From NCBI GenBank assembly GCA_965222375.1, contig CBDCTZ010000015.1, forward strand, positions 1,408,001 to 1,472,000: a DNA stretch of 64,000 bases. The letters run 5' to 3'. Position 1 is the stretch's first letter; each line of letters starts with the position of its first letter. Positions 37,998 to 47,033 of this stretch are shown here, one piece after another. Source of the stretch: Polyangiaceae bacterium (GTDB lineage Bacteria > Myxococcota_A > Polyangia > Polyangiales > Polyangiaceae). The position numbers were made by a program, and so were the translations under genes. Below the pieces are notes generated by a model. It was not told the DNA's origin, did no database searches, and saw only the letters and a program-made list of their open reading frames with translations.

Positions 37998-39032
37998 CTA
38001 TTTGTTCTTCTGCGCGAGCTCGACAGCCTTGGCGTAGGAAGTACTGCCGCCACCCATCTGGGTGTAAACGACCCGCATGTTTCGGGGGTCGACCACGGTG
38101 TGTAGTGGCGTGCCAATCGAGTTCGAATATGCCATCGAGGGGGGCATCTTGTCGGCGAGAACATCCACGCGGTCGAACCCATAAGCGTTCTTCCAACTCT
38201 GAGCACCCGCGACTGTCGCTGGGTAGGCCATCAGGGTAACGACCTTGATTCCCAGCGGGGCCCACTGGTCCATCTTGGCTTCGAGCGTTTTCGCTTCACT
38301 CTTGCATTTTCCACATGTGGTCGTAGCCGTAATGAAGAGGATCGCGTTGATGCCCTTCTTGCCGTCGCAGTCGTAGTAGTCGGAGATGCTGGTTGAGCCT
38401 GAACTGTTGGAACCACCGAAGAACCCCTGCCAACTTAGGCTCTGCGGCAAGGTCTTGCCAGTGGCAGCACCGGTTGCACCACTCGGCCAACCGCTACAGC
38501 TCGTGGAGCCACCACCACCGGTTCCGCCCGGCGAGCCACCGCTTCCGGAGCTGCCACCGCCGGAGCCCGAACCCTGGCAAACACTCTGGTAGTCCGGGCA
38601 GCAGTCCTTGAACTGCTCGCACTTGGGATCGCAGTAGCAACTACCGCCAATGGCTTGGCCGCTACCACAGGCGCCCACGCAACTCAGACCGCCGCCCGTG
38701 CTTCCGCCCGTGGCGCTGCCACCAGCGGCACCGACTCCACCGCCACCGGCAGTGCTGCCTCCGCCACCGGAGGTGCCCCCGCTGCCAGATGGCCCGCCGC
38801 CTGTACCCGCCCGGCCTCCGCCACCACCGCTGCTGCCCAGACCATCGCAAGCAGCGAAGCAACGGTCAGCCTCGCCGGTTGCGCATACGCAAAACTCGAA
38901 GCAGGACGATGCGTCATCACAGAAGGCGGGGCGTTGTAGCGTTTCGTCTTCATCCGAACCGGCACAGGCAACGCCAGTAGCGACCAGCGCTAGTCCTGCC
39001 GCCATCTTCGACCAGAGTCTTACGTTGTTCAT
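37998..39032 (-). CDS. Lipoprotein: 6-Cys domain, Gly linker, somatomedin-B-like domain, thioredoxin-like domain
   Basis: Lipobox GVAC; SMB-type Cys spacing; TTTCGKC (CxxC) and GTPLHTVVDPRNM; alternative start 39047. Confidence 0.85.
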   Translation of the reverse strand: MNNVRLWSKMAAGLALVATGVACAGSDEDETLQRPAFCDDASSCFEFCVCATGEADRCFAACDGLGSSGGGGGRAGTGGGPSGSGGTSGGGGSTAGGGGVGAAGGSATGGSTGGGLSCVGACGSGQAIGGSCYCDPKCEQFKDCCPDYQSVCQGSGSGGGSSGSGGSPGGTGGGGSTSCSGWPSGATGAATGKTLPQSLSWQGFFGGSNSSGSTSISDYYDCDGKKGINAILFITATTTCGKCKSEAKTLEAKMDQWAPLGIKVVTLMAYPATVAGAQSWKNAYGFDRVDVLADKMPPSMAYSNSIGTPLHTVVDPRNMRVVYTQMGGGSTSYAKAVELAQKNK

Positions 39033-39072
39033 GAGCTCCCTCTTCATTTCAGTCCGCGCAGGGAGCCTGTAG

Positions 39073-39088
39073 TGCACGGTGCGTGCCG
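39073..39088 (-). promoter_or_regulatory. Putative sigma54 promoter of the Trx-SMB gene
   Basis: Minus strand CGGCACGCACCGTGCA (GG-N10-GC). Confidence 0.7.
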
Positions 39089-39174
39089 CACGCACATGCC
39101 GAGATTTCCAGGCGTGCTGTAGCTCGTGCGCGGTGCGCAGCGCCCGACCCCTGGTGTGGCGCAGCAGACCAGCG

Positions 39175-40164
39175 CTAGGAGGAACTCGCGGCCACGATAG
39201 CCTGCAATTGCGCGGCGACCTGGCGGGACGATGACCACCCGCACTCAGCCGCGGCTTCCTCGAACCCCTCTGCAACAGATGCAGCGCTTGCGGGGCGACT
39301 AGCCCTTTCACGCTGCAAGCACTTCTTGATGGTCGCGGATGCAACCTCTGGCAAAGCGCGGGCGGTCAGGTCCGGAACGGCGCGATGGACCACGTTCCAA
39401 ATCGTGCCGCCTTCATTTGCGTCCTGGAACAACCGCTCCCCACTCAGCACTTCCCAAGCCACGACACCCAAGGCCCAGATGTCTGCACGTCGGTCCACAT
39501 CTCGGGGCGAGAGGATCTGCTCGGGCGCCAAATAGGCGAGAGTCCCTTTGGTATTGCCCGTGGCGGTCCGCGTCTTCCGGCCCTGCGCCGCGGCAATACC
39601 AAAGTCGACGACCTTGATACGGCCGTTGAAGCCGATCAAGATGTTCTGCGGCTTCACGTCGCGGTGCACGATCGACAGGGACTGCCCATCCTCACCGCGA
39701 GTTTCGTGGGCGCCGTGCAGCCCTTGGGCAGCCCGCGAGAGAATGTGCAGATGCAGCCCTACGGGTGGGGGAACGCGCACGGCTTGGGCCGCCTCCATGA
39801 GCTGCACGTAAGAAAAGCCGTCGACCAACTCTTGCACGATGAAGGGTGAGCCTCGATGCATTCCCGTGTCGAGCACTCGCGCGACGTTGGGGTGATCCAC
39901 CTGGGAAGCGATCTGCTGCTCGTCCAGGAACATCTGCAGCGCTTCGGCATCCTCGGCCAGCTCGGCGAACATGAGCTTCAGAGCGACATCCGGCTCGTCT
40001 TCACCAGCGGAAGCTTGATACACCACCGCCGTGGAACCACGACCCACCTCGCCCACAACGCGATACGCGCCGACACTTTCACCTGAAACGAGGACCGGGA
40101 TCTCCACGGCGTGCTCCGCTTGCTCATATGGCAATTGCCGCGCGCGGTCGAGCAGCGAGGGCAA
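39175..40164 (-). CDS. Cytoplasmic Ser/Thr protein kinase
   Basis: VALK, HRDVKPQN, DFG, GTLAYLAPE, DIWALG; no TM; start uncertain. Confidence 0.9.
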   Translation of the reverse strand: MPSLLDRARQLPYEQAEHAVEIPVLVSGESVGAYRVVGEVGRGSTAVVYQASAGEDEPDVALKLMFAELAEDAEALQMFLDEQQIASQVDHPNVARVLDTGMHRGSPFIVQELVDGFSYVQLMEAAQAVRVPPPVGLHLHILSRAAQGLHGAHETRGEDGQSLSIVHRDVKPQNILIGFNGRIKVVDFGIAAAQGRKTRTATGNTKGTLAYLAPEQILSPRDVDRRADIWALGVVAWEVLSGERLFQDANEGGTIWNVVHRAVPDLTARALPEVASATIKKCLQRERASRPASAASVAEGFEEAAAECGWSSSRQVAAQLQAIVAASSS

Positions 40165-40270
40165 AAAGCTTCAGCGACAGCATAGCTGTTCGTCTTGCCA
40201 TGGCGAATTTCGGCCCTAGCTTGTCGGAAAGGTAGCCCCAACCCGCTGTCGACCGTATCCTGACAATCTA

Positions 40271-41878
40271 GTGCGCCTTAGCCGCCCGCCCCAACCCGCG
40301 GTCCTGGCGGGAAGATACCAGTTGTTCGACGTGATCGCGTCCGGCGGGATGGCGACAGTCCATCTGGCGCGGCTGCACGGCAAGGTCGGCTTTTCACGCA
40401 CGGTCGCAGTCAAGCGCCTGCACCCTCAGTTTGCTCGCGAGCCGGACTTTCGCGCGATGTTCGTCGACGAGGCCCGGGTGGCTGCTCGAATCGTGCACCC
40501 CAACGTTGCCCAGACCTTGGACGTGGTGGAGGACGGCGACGAACTCTTCATCGTGATGGAGTACATCCACGGACTGCCTCTTTCACACCTGACAAAGCTC
40601 GCTGCGGAAGATGGCGGAATTCCCGTGGCCGTCGCCGCGAACATCATGAGCGGCGTTCTGTCTGGCTTGCACGCGGCGCACGAGGCGCATGACGAATCCG
40701 GCGCGAAGCTGCATGTCGTACACCGCGACGTTTCACCCCAGAACATCTTGGTGGGGACGGATGGCGTCGCGCGCTTGATCGACTTCGGTGTCTCAAAGGC
40801 GGTGTCGCAAATCCACACCACTCGAGAAGGGCAGCTACGCGGAAAACTGGCGTATATGGCGCCGGAACAGATCCGTCAGGGCAAGATCGATCGACAGACC
40901 GACATCTTCGCCGCCTCGGTCGTGTTGTGGCAGTGCCTGGCGAACCGTCGTCTATTCGAAGCGAGCAACGACGGGGAGCTGATCTACCAGCTACTAGAGG
41001 CGCCGATTTCGCCACCAAGCCTGCACCGGGCAGAGGTGCCTACGGAAGTTGACGCTTTGACGCTGCGTGGGCTGGAGCGCAATCGCGAAGAACGTTACGG
41101 AACGGCCAAGGCGATGCAGCTCGAGCTCGAAAAGTCTGCTCCAGTCATCACTCAGAGCGCTGTGGCCGATTGGGTGAACCGCATTGCCGAGGAGCCCCTG
41201 TCGGAACGGGCCTCGATGGTGCGAGAGGTCGGGCGTACGACTAGCAATCCGGCCGTGGGCACCCTTACGGAGCCAACGGAAACCGTGACCGTGCCCTTGG
41301 CGGGGCAAGCTGCCGGGGAGCCAGCTACGGCGGTCATGCCAACCGCCGACCAAAACAACCAGCCCTTGACCGCGCTAGCGGACGAGCCCGAGGCAGAGAC
41401 GGAGGTCATGCCGACCGCCGACGGAGACAGCCAGCCCTTGGTGGCACTGGCAGAAGAGCCCGAGGCAGAGACGGAGGTCATGCCAACCGGCGACCGGGGC
41501 AGCTTGACCAACAGCCAAGTGGCCGTCGACGCGCATTGGACGCGCCAGAAGCGGAGCTTGGTCGTTCCCGCGGTCGTGTTGCTCGGACTGTTCCTCATCC
41601 TAGGTGCGACCTGGGCTTCAGTGGCGGCGAGCGACGAACGGGAGACCCCGAAGCTAGCCCCCGCGGCATACCGCTCACTGTCCCTCGTGCGACAGGTGAA
41701 GCGCCACGCCACCCCGCTCAAGCCCGTCGCGCCGGATCCAAAGCCCGAAGAGGAGGTCTTGACCGCCGCACCCGAGCCCAAGCCAAAGCCAAAAAAGCGC
41801 GTCGTTTACTGGCGCCCAAAAGCAAAGCCCAAGCCCGCACCGAAACCAAAACCGGCTTCGCTGTACAAGCGGGAGTGA
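40271..41878 (+). CDS. Membrane Ser/Thr protein kinase
   Basis: VAVKR, HRDVSPQN, DFG, GKLAYMAPE; TM LVVPAVVLLGLFLILGA; Pro/Lys-rich tail. Confidence 0.93.
   Translation: MRLSRPPQPAVLAGRYQLFDVIASGGMATVHLARLHGKVGFSRTVAVKRLHPQFAREPDFRAMFVDEARVAARIVHPNVAQTLDVVEDGDELFIVMEYIHGLPLSHLTKLAAEDGGIPVAVAANIMSGVLSGLHAAHEAHDESGAKLHVVHRDVSPQNILVGTDGVARLIDFGVSKAVSQIHTTREGQLRGKLAYMAPEQIRQGKIDRQTDIFAASVVLWQCLANRRLFEASNDGELIYQLLEAPISPPSLHRAEVPTEVDALTLRGLERNREERYGTAKAMQLELEKSAPVITQSAVADWVNRIAEEPLSERASMVREVGRTTSNPAVGTLTEPTETVTVPLAGQAAGEPATAVMPTADQNNQPLTALADEPEAETEVMPTADGDSQPLVALAEEPEAETEVMPTGDRGSLTNSQVAVDAHWTRQKRSLVVPAVVLLGLFLILGATWASVAASDERETPKLAPAAYRSLSLVRQVKRHATPLKPVAPDPKPEEEVLTAAPEPKPKPKKRVVYWRPKAKPKPAPKPKPASLYKRE
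41333..41494 (+). repeat. 72-bp (24-aa) tandem repeat, about 2.3 copies, in the kinase juxtamembrane region
   Basis: gtcatgcc starts at 41333, 41405, 41477; VMPTADxxxQPLxALAxEPEAETE. Confidence 0.9.
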
Positions 41879-41910
41879 GACAGCCGTACACAATGGTATA
41901 GCTTAGAGAG

Positions 41911-42873
41911 ATGGGTCGCCTTTTCGCCGCGCTCGCAGTCATCTGCATCACCGCGTGGAGTTGCCACGTCGCAGCCGAGAAACGCGCCGAGCAGTTGTTC
42001 AACAAAGGGCTGGAAGCGTTCTTGGCAGGGCGCCACGCCGAAGGGTGCCCCTTGATTCAACAGAGCCACCAGCTCGAGCCTTTGGCCGGCGTGCTGTTCA
42101 CCTTGGCCGAGTGCCAACAAGGCTGGGGCAAGCTGAAGACAGCGAATGACACCTACGCGAAGTTCCTCACGGCGGTGGGCGAGCTCCCGGCGGCAAAAGC
42201 CGAGAAGCATGCGGATCGCGTTGCAGTGGCGCTGAGGAAGCGCGCGGCCATCGCCCCCAAGGTGCCGACAGTTACCGTCGCGCTGCGTGGAGAGATGCCA
42301 GCGGGAGGAAAGGTAATGTTCGACGATCGGGACATCAGCGCGGACCTGGGTCGCCCCATCCCGGTCGATCCGGGCACCCACAGTGTTCGACTGACGTCAC
42401 CCGAAGGCGACCTGGCGACAGCATCCGTGGATCTCGCCGTCGGCGCCAAGCGCAGCGTCGAGTTGGACTCCAGTGGTGCCTCCCCGATACAAGAGGACAT
42501 CGGCGGCGATTCAGAAACCGCTTCGCCAAACACCGCGGCGTGGGTTCTGGGGGGCGTCGGGGTGCTTGGATTGGTTGTGGGCAGCACCACGGGCTTGATG
42601 GCGTCGTCCAAGAAGCAGACCATCGACGACAACTGCCCAAATCGTACCTGCAATGCCGAAGGTCGGAATGCGGTAGACAGCGCCCAAAGCCTCGGACTAG
42701 TGAGCACCGTCTCCTTCGGCGTGGGCATCGTGGGGCTCTCCGCTGCCACCTATCTATTCTTGACAGCTAGAGACAGCACAGAACACGGCGCCAAGGGGGC
42801 GACGTCGACGCCGCGACCCGGCGTTTGGCTGACGCCCAAAGGCGGTCACGTCTCTTTGAGCGGCAGATTCTGA
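41911..42873 (+). CDS. TPR plus PEGA-like exported protein
   Basis: Signal; AEQLF...GCPLIQQSHQLEP...LAEC TPR; PVDPGTHSV; hydrophobic C-terminus ending LSGRF. Confidence 0.8.
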   Translation: MGRLFAALAVICITAWSCHVAAEKRAEQLFNKGLEAFLAGRHAEGCPLIQQSHQLEPLAGVLFTLAECQQGWGKLKTANDTYAKFLTAVGELPAAKAEKHADRVAVALRKRAAIAPKVPTVTVALRGEMPAGGKVMFDDRDISADLGRPIPVDPGTHSVRLTSPEGDLATASVDLAVGAKRSVELDSSGASPIQEDIGGDSETASPNTAAWVLGGVGVLGLVVGSTTGLMASSKKQTIDDNCPNRTCNAEGRNAVDSAQSLGLVSTVSFGVGIVGLSAATYLFLTARDSTEHGAKGATSTPRPGVWLTPKGGHVSLSGRF

Positions 42874-42895
42874 GCTGCTCGAGGCTGGGCTGTGC

Positions 42896-44515
42896 TCAGT
42901 CGCCGTAACTCGTCGAGTTGAACCACCACTCGGCACCGATTCCGAAGAACTGCTCCGTCTTGCGCCGTGCGAACACGTCGTCTTGGGCGTGGAGGGCCCG
43001 CGCGTCGTCGTTGCGCTGGGTCACTGCCCAAATCAGACGCAGCTGGGGACGCTTGAAAACGCCTTTTCCAGCGGGCGATAGGTAGGGCATCACGCCGAAA
43101 CGCAGCAGCTTCGCGTGCACGGGCTCGTTGGTGACGACATTGAGCACTCCGCGCTGCTGCGCCTGATACGAGCCCTCCACTGCGAGGCCTGCGTGATCTC
43201 CCAAGAACAGGTGCGGCCGAACCACGAAGATCCCTTCGTCGATGTTGCTGAACCGAAACGGCTCCGGCGTGGGCTCGCGGAAGCTGCGGAAGTAGCCGCC
43301 GACCACGACCGCAAAGTACTCGTGCTCGTAGTTCCCAGAGATACCCATCCGAGTCTCTGTGGCGCCCTCCACGGTCTTGTCCGGCGCAGTGCCCTCGGGA
43401 GTCGCCAACTCGCCGTAGGCCGCGAGCCCCGTAGCGTGACGAAAGAAGAGATTGACGAAGGTATCGCGCTCGCCCGTGAACAGCCCCACCTGGGCGCCGA
43501 ACAGGGCTCCGCTGTCGCCCACGACGGGTTCGATCACACCGGGGCTTTCTTCCCGCTCACCGCTGGGCAGGCGGTGCACTTCGCCATACAGCACACCCTT
43601 CAGGCCAGCTTTGCCGGATAGGGGCTGAATGTGCTGCAGCTTCAGGCTGGAAATCACGCGCGGCCGGTTGAGCAGCTCAACCGTCGCCACTCCGGGCTGA
43701 TTCTGCGCCGCCGGGCGCTCCACTTCCTGGAATTGAAAGGGATCCGCAGCGCGATTCAACCCGAGGTGCCAAGCCACGTAGGTCTTCATGCCGGGAATGT
43801 CGAAACGTACGCCACCACCAATCGTGTTCAGGTTGTCGAGGGGCCAGAAGTCCAGCAGGTAGATATCGTCGCCCCGGTACATGCGCGAACCGATCCAGGC
43901 GCTCAGCCCCTTGTCTCCGATCCCACGCTCTTCGACGTAGAGATTGCGCAAGGCGATCTTGGCGTCGAAGTTCCCATCGTAGTGAAAAACAGGCGCGCCA
44001 ATGGCAAGAGTGGTCACGATGCGCGATGAGAGCCCAGGTTCCCACTCGTCGTCTCGCCGCAACTCCAGCTCGGCGTAGGTGCCTTCGTCGATCCGAGAGC
44101 CGTAGGCCACGACGTCCGCGTTGCGACCTTCACCACCTCGCCCGTCGGACGCAGCGACGACCCGACCATAAGAACCAAAGGAAAACCGACTGCGCGGAAA
44201 AGCCGGCTTGGCCGCCACCTTGGTGGCGCTTGGAACGGTCTCCTCGGGTTGACGACCTGGCCGGAAGGGTTCCCGCGCACTCACGGCGCCAGCGGGAGAT
44301 ACGGGTCGAACCGGTGCGGCAGTTGCGGGTGGCGTCTCCTCTGGAGCTGGCGGTGGAGTCCCGGCTCCCTCCGGCGCGGGCTCGGGGGTTTTTGTCTCCT
44401 CGAGCTCGACCGGTTCTGGCGCGGGCGCCTCCGGCTCGGCGGCTGGGGCCTCCGGCTGCGCGGATGCCTGCCCCACCCAAAGGAGGACGGCCCACGGCAA
44501 GAATCGGCGACCCAT
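42896..44515 (-). CDS. Carbohydrate porin (LamB/maltoporin-like)
   Basis: Signal, Pro-rich linker, FGSYGR, YAELEL, WIGSRMYR, RPQLRL, C-terminus FGIGAEWWF. Confidence 0.82.
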   Translation of the reverse strand: MGRRFLPWAVLLWVGQASAQPEAPAAEPEAPAPEPVELEETKTPEPAPEGAGTPPPAPEETPPATAAPVRPVSPAGAVSAREPFRPGRQPEETVPSATKVAAKPAFPRSRFSFGSYGRVVAASDGRGGEGRNADVVAYGSRIDEGTYAELELRRDDEWEPGLSSRIVTTLAIGAPVFHYDGNFDAKIALRNLYVEERGIGDKGLSAWIGSRMYRGDDIYLLDFWPLDNLNTIGGGVRFDIPGMKTYVAWHLGLNRAADPFQFQEVERPAAQNQPGVATVELLNRPRVISSLKLQHIQPLSGKAGLKGVLYGEVHRLPSGEREESPGVIEPVVGDSGALFGAQVGLFTGERDTFVNLFFRHATGLAAYGELATPEGTAPDKTVEGATETRMGISGNYEHEYFAVVVGGYFRSFREPTPEPFRFSNIDEGIFVVRPHLFLGDHAGLAVEGSYQAQQRGVLNVVTNEPVHAKLLRFGVMPYLSPAGKGVFKRPQLRLIWAVTQRNDDARALHAQDDVFARRKTEQFFGIGAEWWFNSTSYGD

Positions 44516-44618
44516 GAGCGCTTCGATAGCAGGCCCACCCCGTTCTGGAAATCTGGAAAAAACCTGGCGAAAATTCCCCTTGCAACGCCCGAAACCAGGC
44601 GCCATGCTCCGCGTCGCT

Positions 44619-44759
44619 ATGGAACCCGGACTGGTCACTCTCGCGAAAATCGTCGGGCTGCTACTGGGAGCCATCTCCATCGTTCCCCTGGTGTTCTTGC
44701 TGCTCCCCGGGGATCGGAGCGAGCCCAAAGAGTCCGAAGTCTTCGACACGGTCCACTGA
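44619..44759 (+). CDS. Putative 46-aa single-pass membrane protein
   Basis: MEPGLVTLAKIVGLLLGAISIVPLVFLLLPGDRSEPKESEVFDTVH; preceded by TTGCAA-N17-CATGCT at 44580-44608. Confidence 0.55.
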   Translation: MEPGLVTLAKIVGLLLGAISIVPLVFLLLPGDRSEPKESEVFDTVH

Positions 44760-44807
44760 GCTCCGGGCGCTCGCTTTCGAATCGGCGTGCGCTAAGCTCC
44801 GCGCCCC

Positions 44808-47033
44808 ATGCGCAGGCATATTCTCTCCGCGCTCGCTGTCGCGTGCCTGGCGACCTCGGCACATGCTGATGTAACGCCCCATCGTTCAGCCCCCATGGTG
44901 GTGTCTTCCAACGGCAAGGCCGTCGTTGGCTACGACGTGGCGACCAAGCGCATCTCCAGCTTCCTCGAACACCCGTACCAGATGCGGAGCGACGGTAGCC
45001 GCACGCGGGATCTCGCTTTTGACATGTACCCGGGGGTGCGGGTCGGTGCGGCGGGCACCGCGGGCACCTGGCTCTCGGACATCGAACCCAAGAGCCTCGG
45101 TTATGAAGTCGGCACCGGCATCATCGTGATCGAGCGGGAGACCTCCGGCATTCGCGCATCCGAGTACGTATTTTCGCCGATGGGGCTACCGGAACACGCC
45201 TTTGTTTCGCTCGTCAAAGTCGAGCGGCTCAGTGGCGGGCCCACAGCCGTGGACGGATACCAGTTGTTCAACTTCCACCTCGGCGCTGGAGCACCCGACC
45301 CAGACGCCAAGGGCGAAACCATACAGTGGGATGGGACCCGCGACGCCTGGATGGAGTGGGGCAGCAGCGGCCTGACCTTGGCCTACGGCGCACTCACCAC
45401 CAGTGCGCACCACTCTGCAAGCCCAGACAATCCTTTTGGCGTATTGACCTCGGGCGGAGATCTATCCGACAACGCGGGAACCGGCGGGAGCTACGACGAC
45501 GCCGCGGCAGGCTTGCAGTGGAGCCTGGGCAGCCTGAACGACGGGCAAACCGCCTGGTTTGGCTCGTTCGTGGTTCTGGATGCAAACAGCGACGTGGCGC
45601 CGCGCATCGACGCCGTACGCAGCTGGGTCGGGGGGCGCACGCCCGACAAGATCCTCGAAGACGAAAAGGCCGAATGGGCGGCATGGCACAAACCGCCGCC
45701 GACCGGGTTGGGAGTACTGGAAGCACCGCTCTACCAGCAATCCATGGCCGTCTTGCGCATGGGCCAAGTGAGCGAGCCGGGCAAAGGCGACGGACAGATC
45801 TTGGCCAGCTTGCCGCCTGGCATGTGGAACATCGCTTGGGTGCGGGACATGGCCTACGCCGTCGTGGCTCTGGCGCGCTCCGGCCACACCGCCGAGGCCA
45901 AGCGCGCACTGGAGTTTCAATTAGGCGCCGAAAGCGGCAAGTACCAGGATTACGTCGGGCACCCCTACAAGATCAGTATCACGCGCTACTTCGGAGACGG
46001 TGTCGAAGAGACGGACTCCAACGAGTTCGGCCCAAACATCGAATTCGATGGCTTTGGCCTGTTTCTGTGGACGCTGGACGAATACGTGCGGGCGTCTGGA
46101 GACGAAGCCAGCTTGAAGAGCTGGTGGACGAGTGTCAGCACGGAAGTTGCGGATACCCTGGTAGCGTTGCAGGAGCCGTCAGGGCTGATTGCGCCAGACT
46201 CCAGTATTTGGGAAGTGCACTGGGACGGGCAGCAGAAGCGCTTCGCCTACACCACCATCACCGCCGCCAACGGCTTGTGTCGCGCCGCGACCATGGCGGA
46301 GCAGGTCGGAGACACGGCGCGAGCGACGACCTACCGGGAAGCGGGGCAGCGCGCGCGCGATGCCTTGATCAAGGAGCTCTCGGCGCCGGATGGCACCATC
46401 GCCCAGAGTCTCGAAGAACTTCAGAGCGGCTCCGGGTTTCTGGACGCTGCGGCCATCGAAGCCGTCGGTATGGGTCTAGTGGATCCCTCCGGTCGCGCCG
46501 CGAAGGCAACGCTCGCGGCCATGAAGTCGAAGCTGGTTCCTCCGAGTGCCCGTGGCTTCTTCCGAAACGACGACGGCGGTTGGTACGACAGCCAGGAGTG
46601 GGTCTTCGTGGATCTGCGCGCTGGCGTGTCGATGCGCAAGATGCAGGACGACGAGGTCGCGCCGCTGCTGAACTGGATCACCAGCCAGGGTAGCGAGAAC
46701 TTCAACTTGGTCAGCGAGCTACATGACGCCCAGAACGCCGACTATCGCGGCGAGATGCCCATGGTTGGGTTCGGCGCCGGCGCCTACGCGATTGCGATGA
46801 TGGACCGCGCCACTCCCGAAGACGTCATCCCCTGCGGCGAGTACGCCGACGAAAGCCTGGGTAGCGGCGGAGCCGGCGGAGCGGGCGGCAGGGGCGGTGG
46901 CGGAAGCAAAGCCACAGGCGAAGAGGACGATGGTGGATGCGGCTGTCGCATTCGAACAAACAACGGCGGCAGCGTCTCGCTTTGGGCATTGCTCGCTCTG
47001 ACCATCGCCGGATTGCGACGTCGTCGACGCTAG
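44808..47033 (+). CDS. GH15 glucoamylase-like hydrolase with MYXO-CTERM sorting signal
   Basis: Signal peptide; AWVRD, SIWE, LVSEL; tail DDGGCGCR...LWALLALTIAGLRRRRR. Confidence 0.82.
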   Translation: MRRHILSALAVACLATSAHADVTPHRSAPMVVSSNGKAVVGYDVATKRISSFLEHPYQMRSDGSRTRDLAFDMYPGVRVGAAGTAGTWLSDIEPKSLGYEVGTGIIVIERETSGIRASEYVFSPMGLPEHAFVSLVKVERLSGGPTAVDGYQLFNFHLGAGAPDPDAKGETIQWDGTRDAWMEWGSSGLTLAYGALTTSAHHSASPDNPFGVLTSGGDLSDNAGTGGSYDDAAAGLQWSLGSLNDGQTAWFGSFVVLDANSDVAPRIDAVRSWVGGRTPDKILEDEKAEWAAWHKPPPTGLGVLEAPLYQQSMAVLRMGQVSEPGKGDGQILASLPPGMWNIAWVRDMAYAVVALARSGHTAEAKRALEFQLGAESGKYQDYVGHPYKISITRYFGDGVEETDSNEFGPNIEFDGFGLFLWTLDEYVRASGDEASLKSWWTSVSTEVADTLVALQEPSGLIAPDSSIWEVHWDGQQKRFAYTTITAANGLCRAATMAEQVGDTARATTYREAGQRARDALIKELSAPDGTIAQSLEELQSGSGFLDAAAIEAVGMGLVDPSGRAAKATLAAMKSKLVPPSARGFFRNDDGGWYDSQEWVFVDLRAGVSMRKMQDDEVAPLLNWITSQGSENFNLVSELHDAQNADYRGEMPMVGFGAGAYAIAMMDRATPEDVIPCGEYADESLGSGGAGGAGGRGGGGSKATGEEDDGGCGCRIRTNNGGSVSLWALLALTIAGLRRRRR

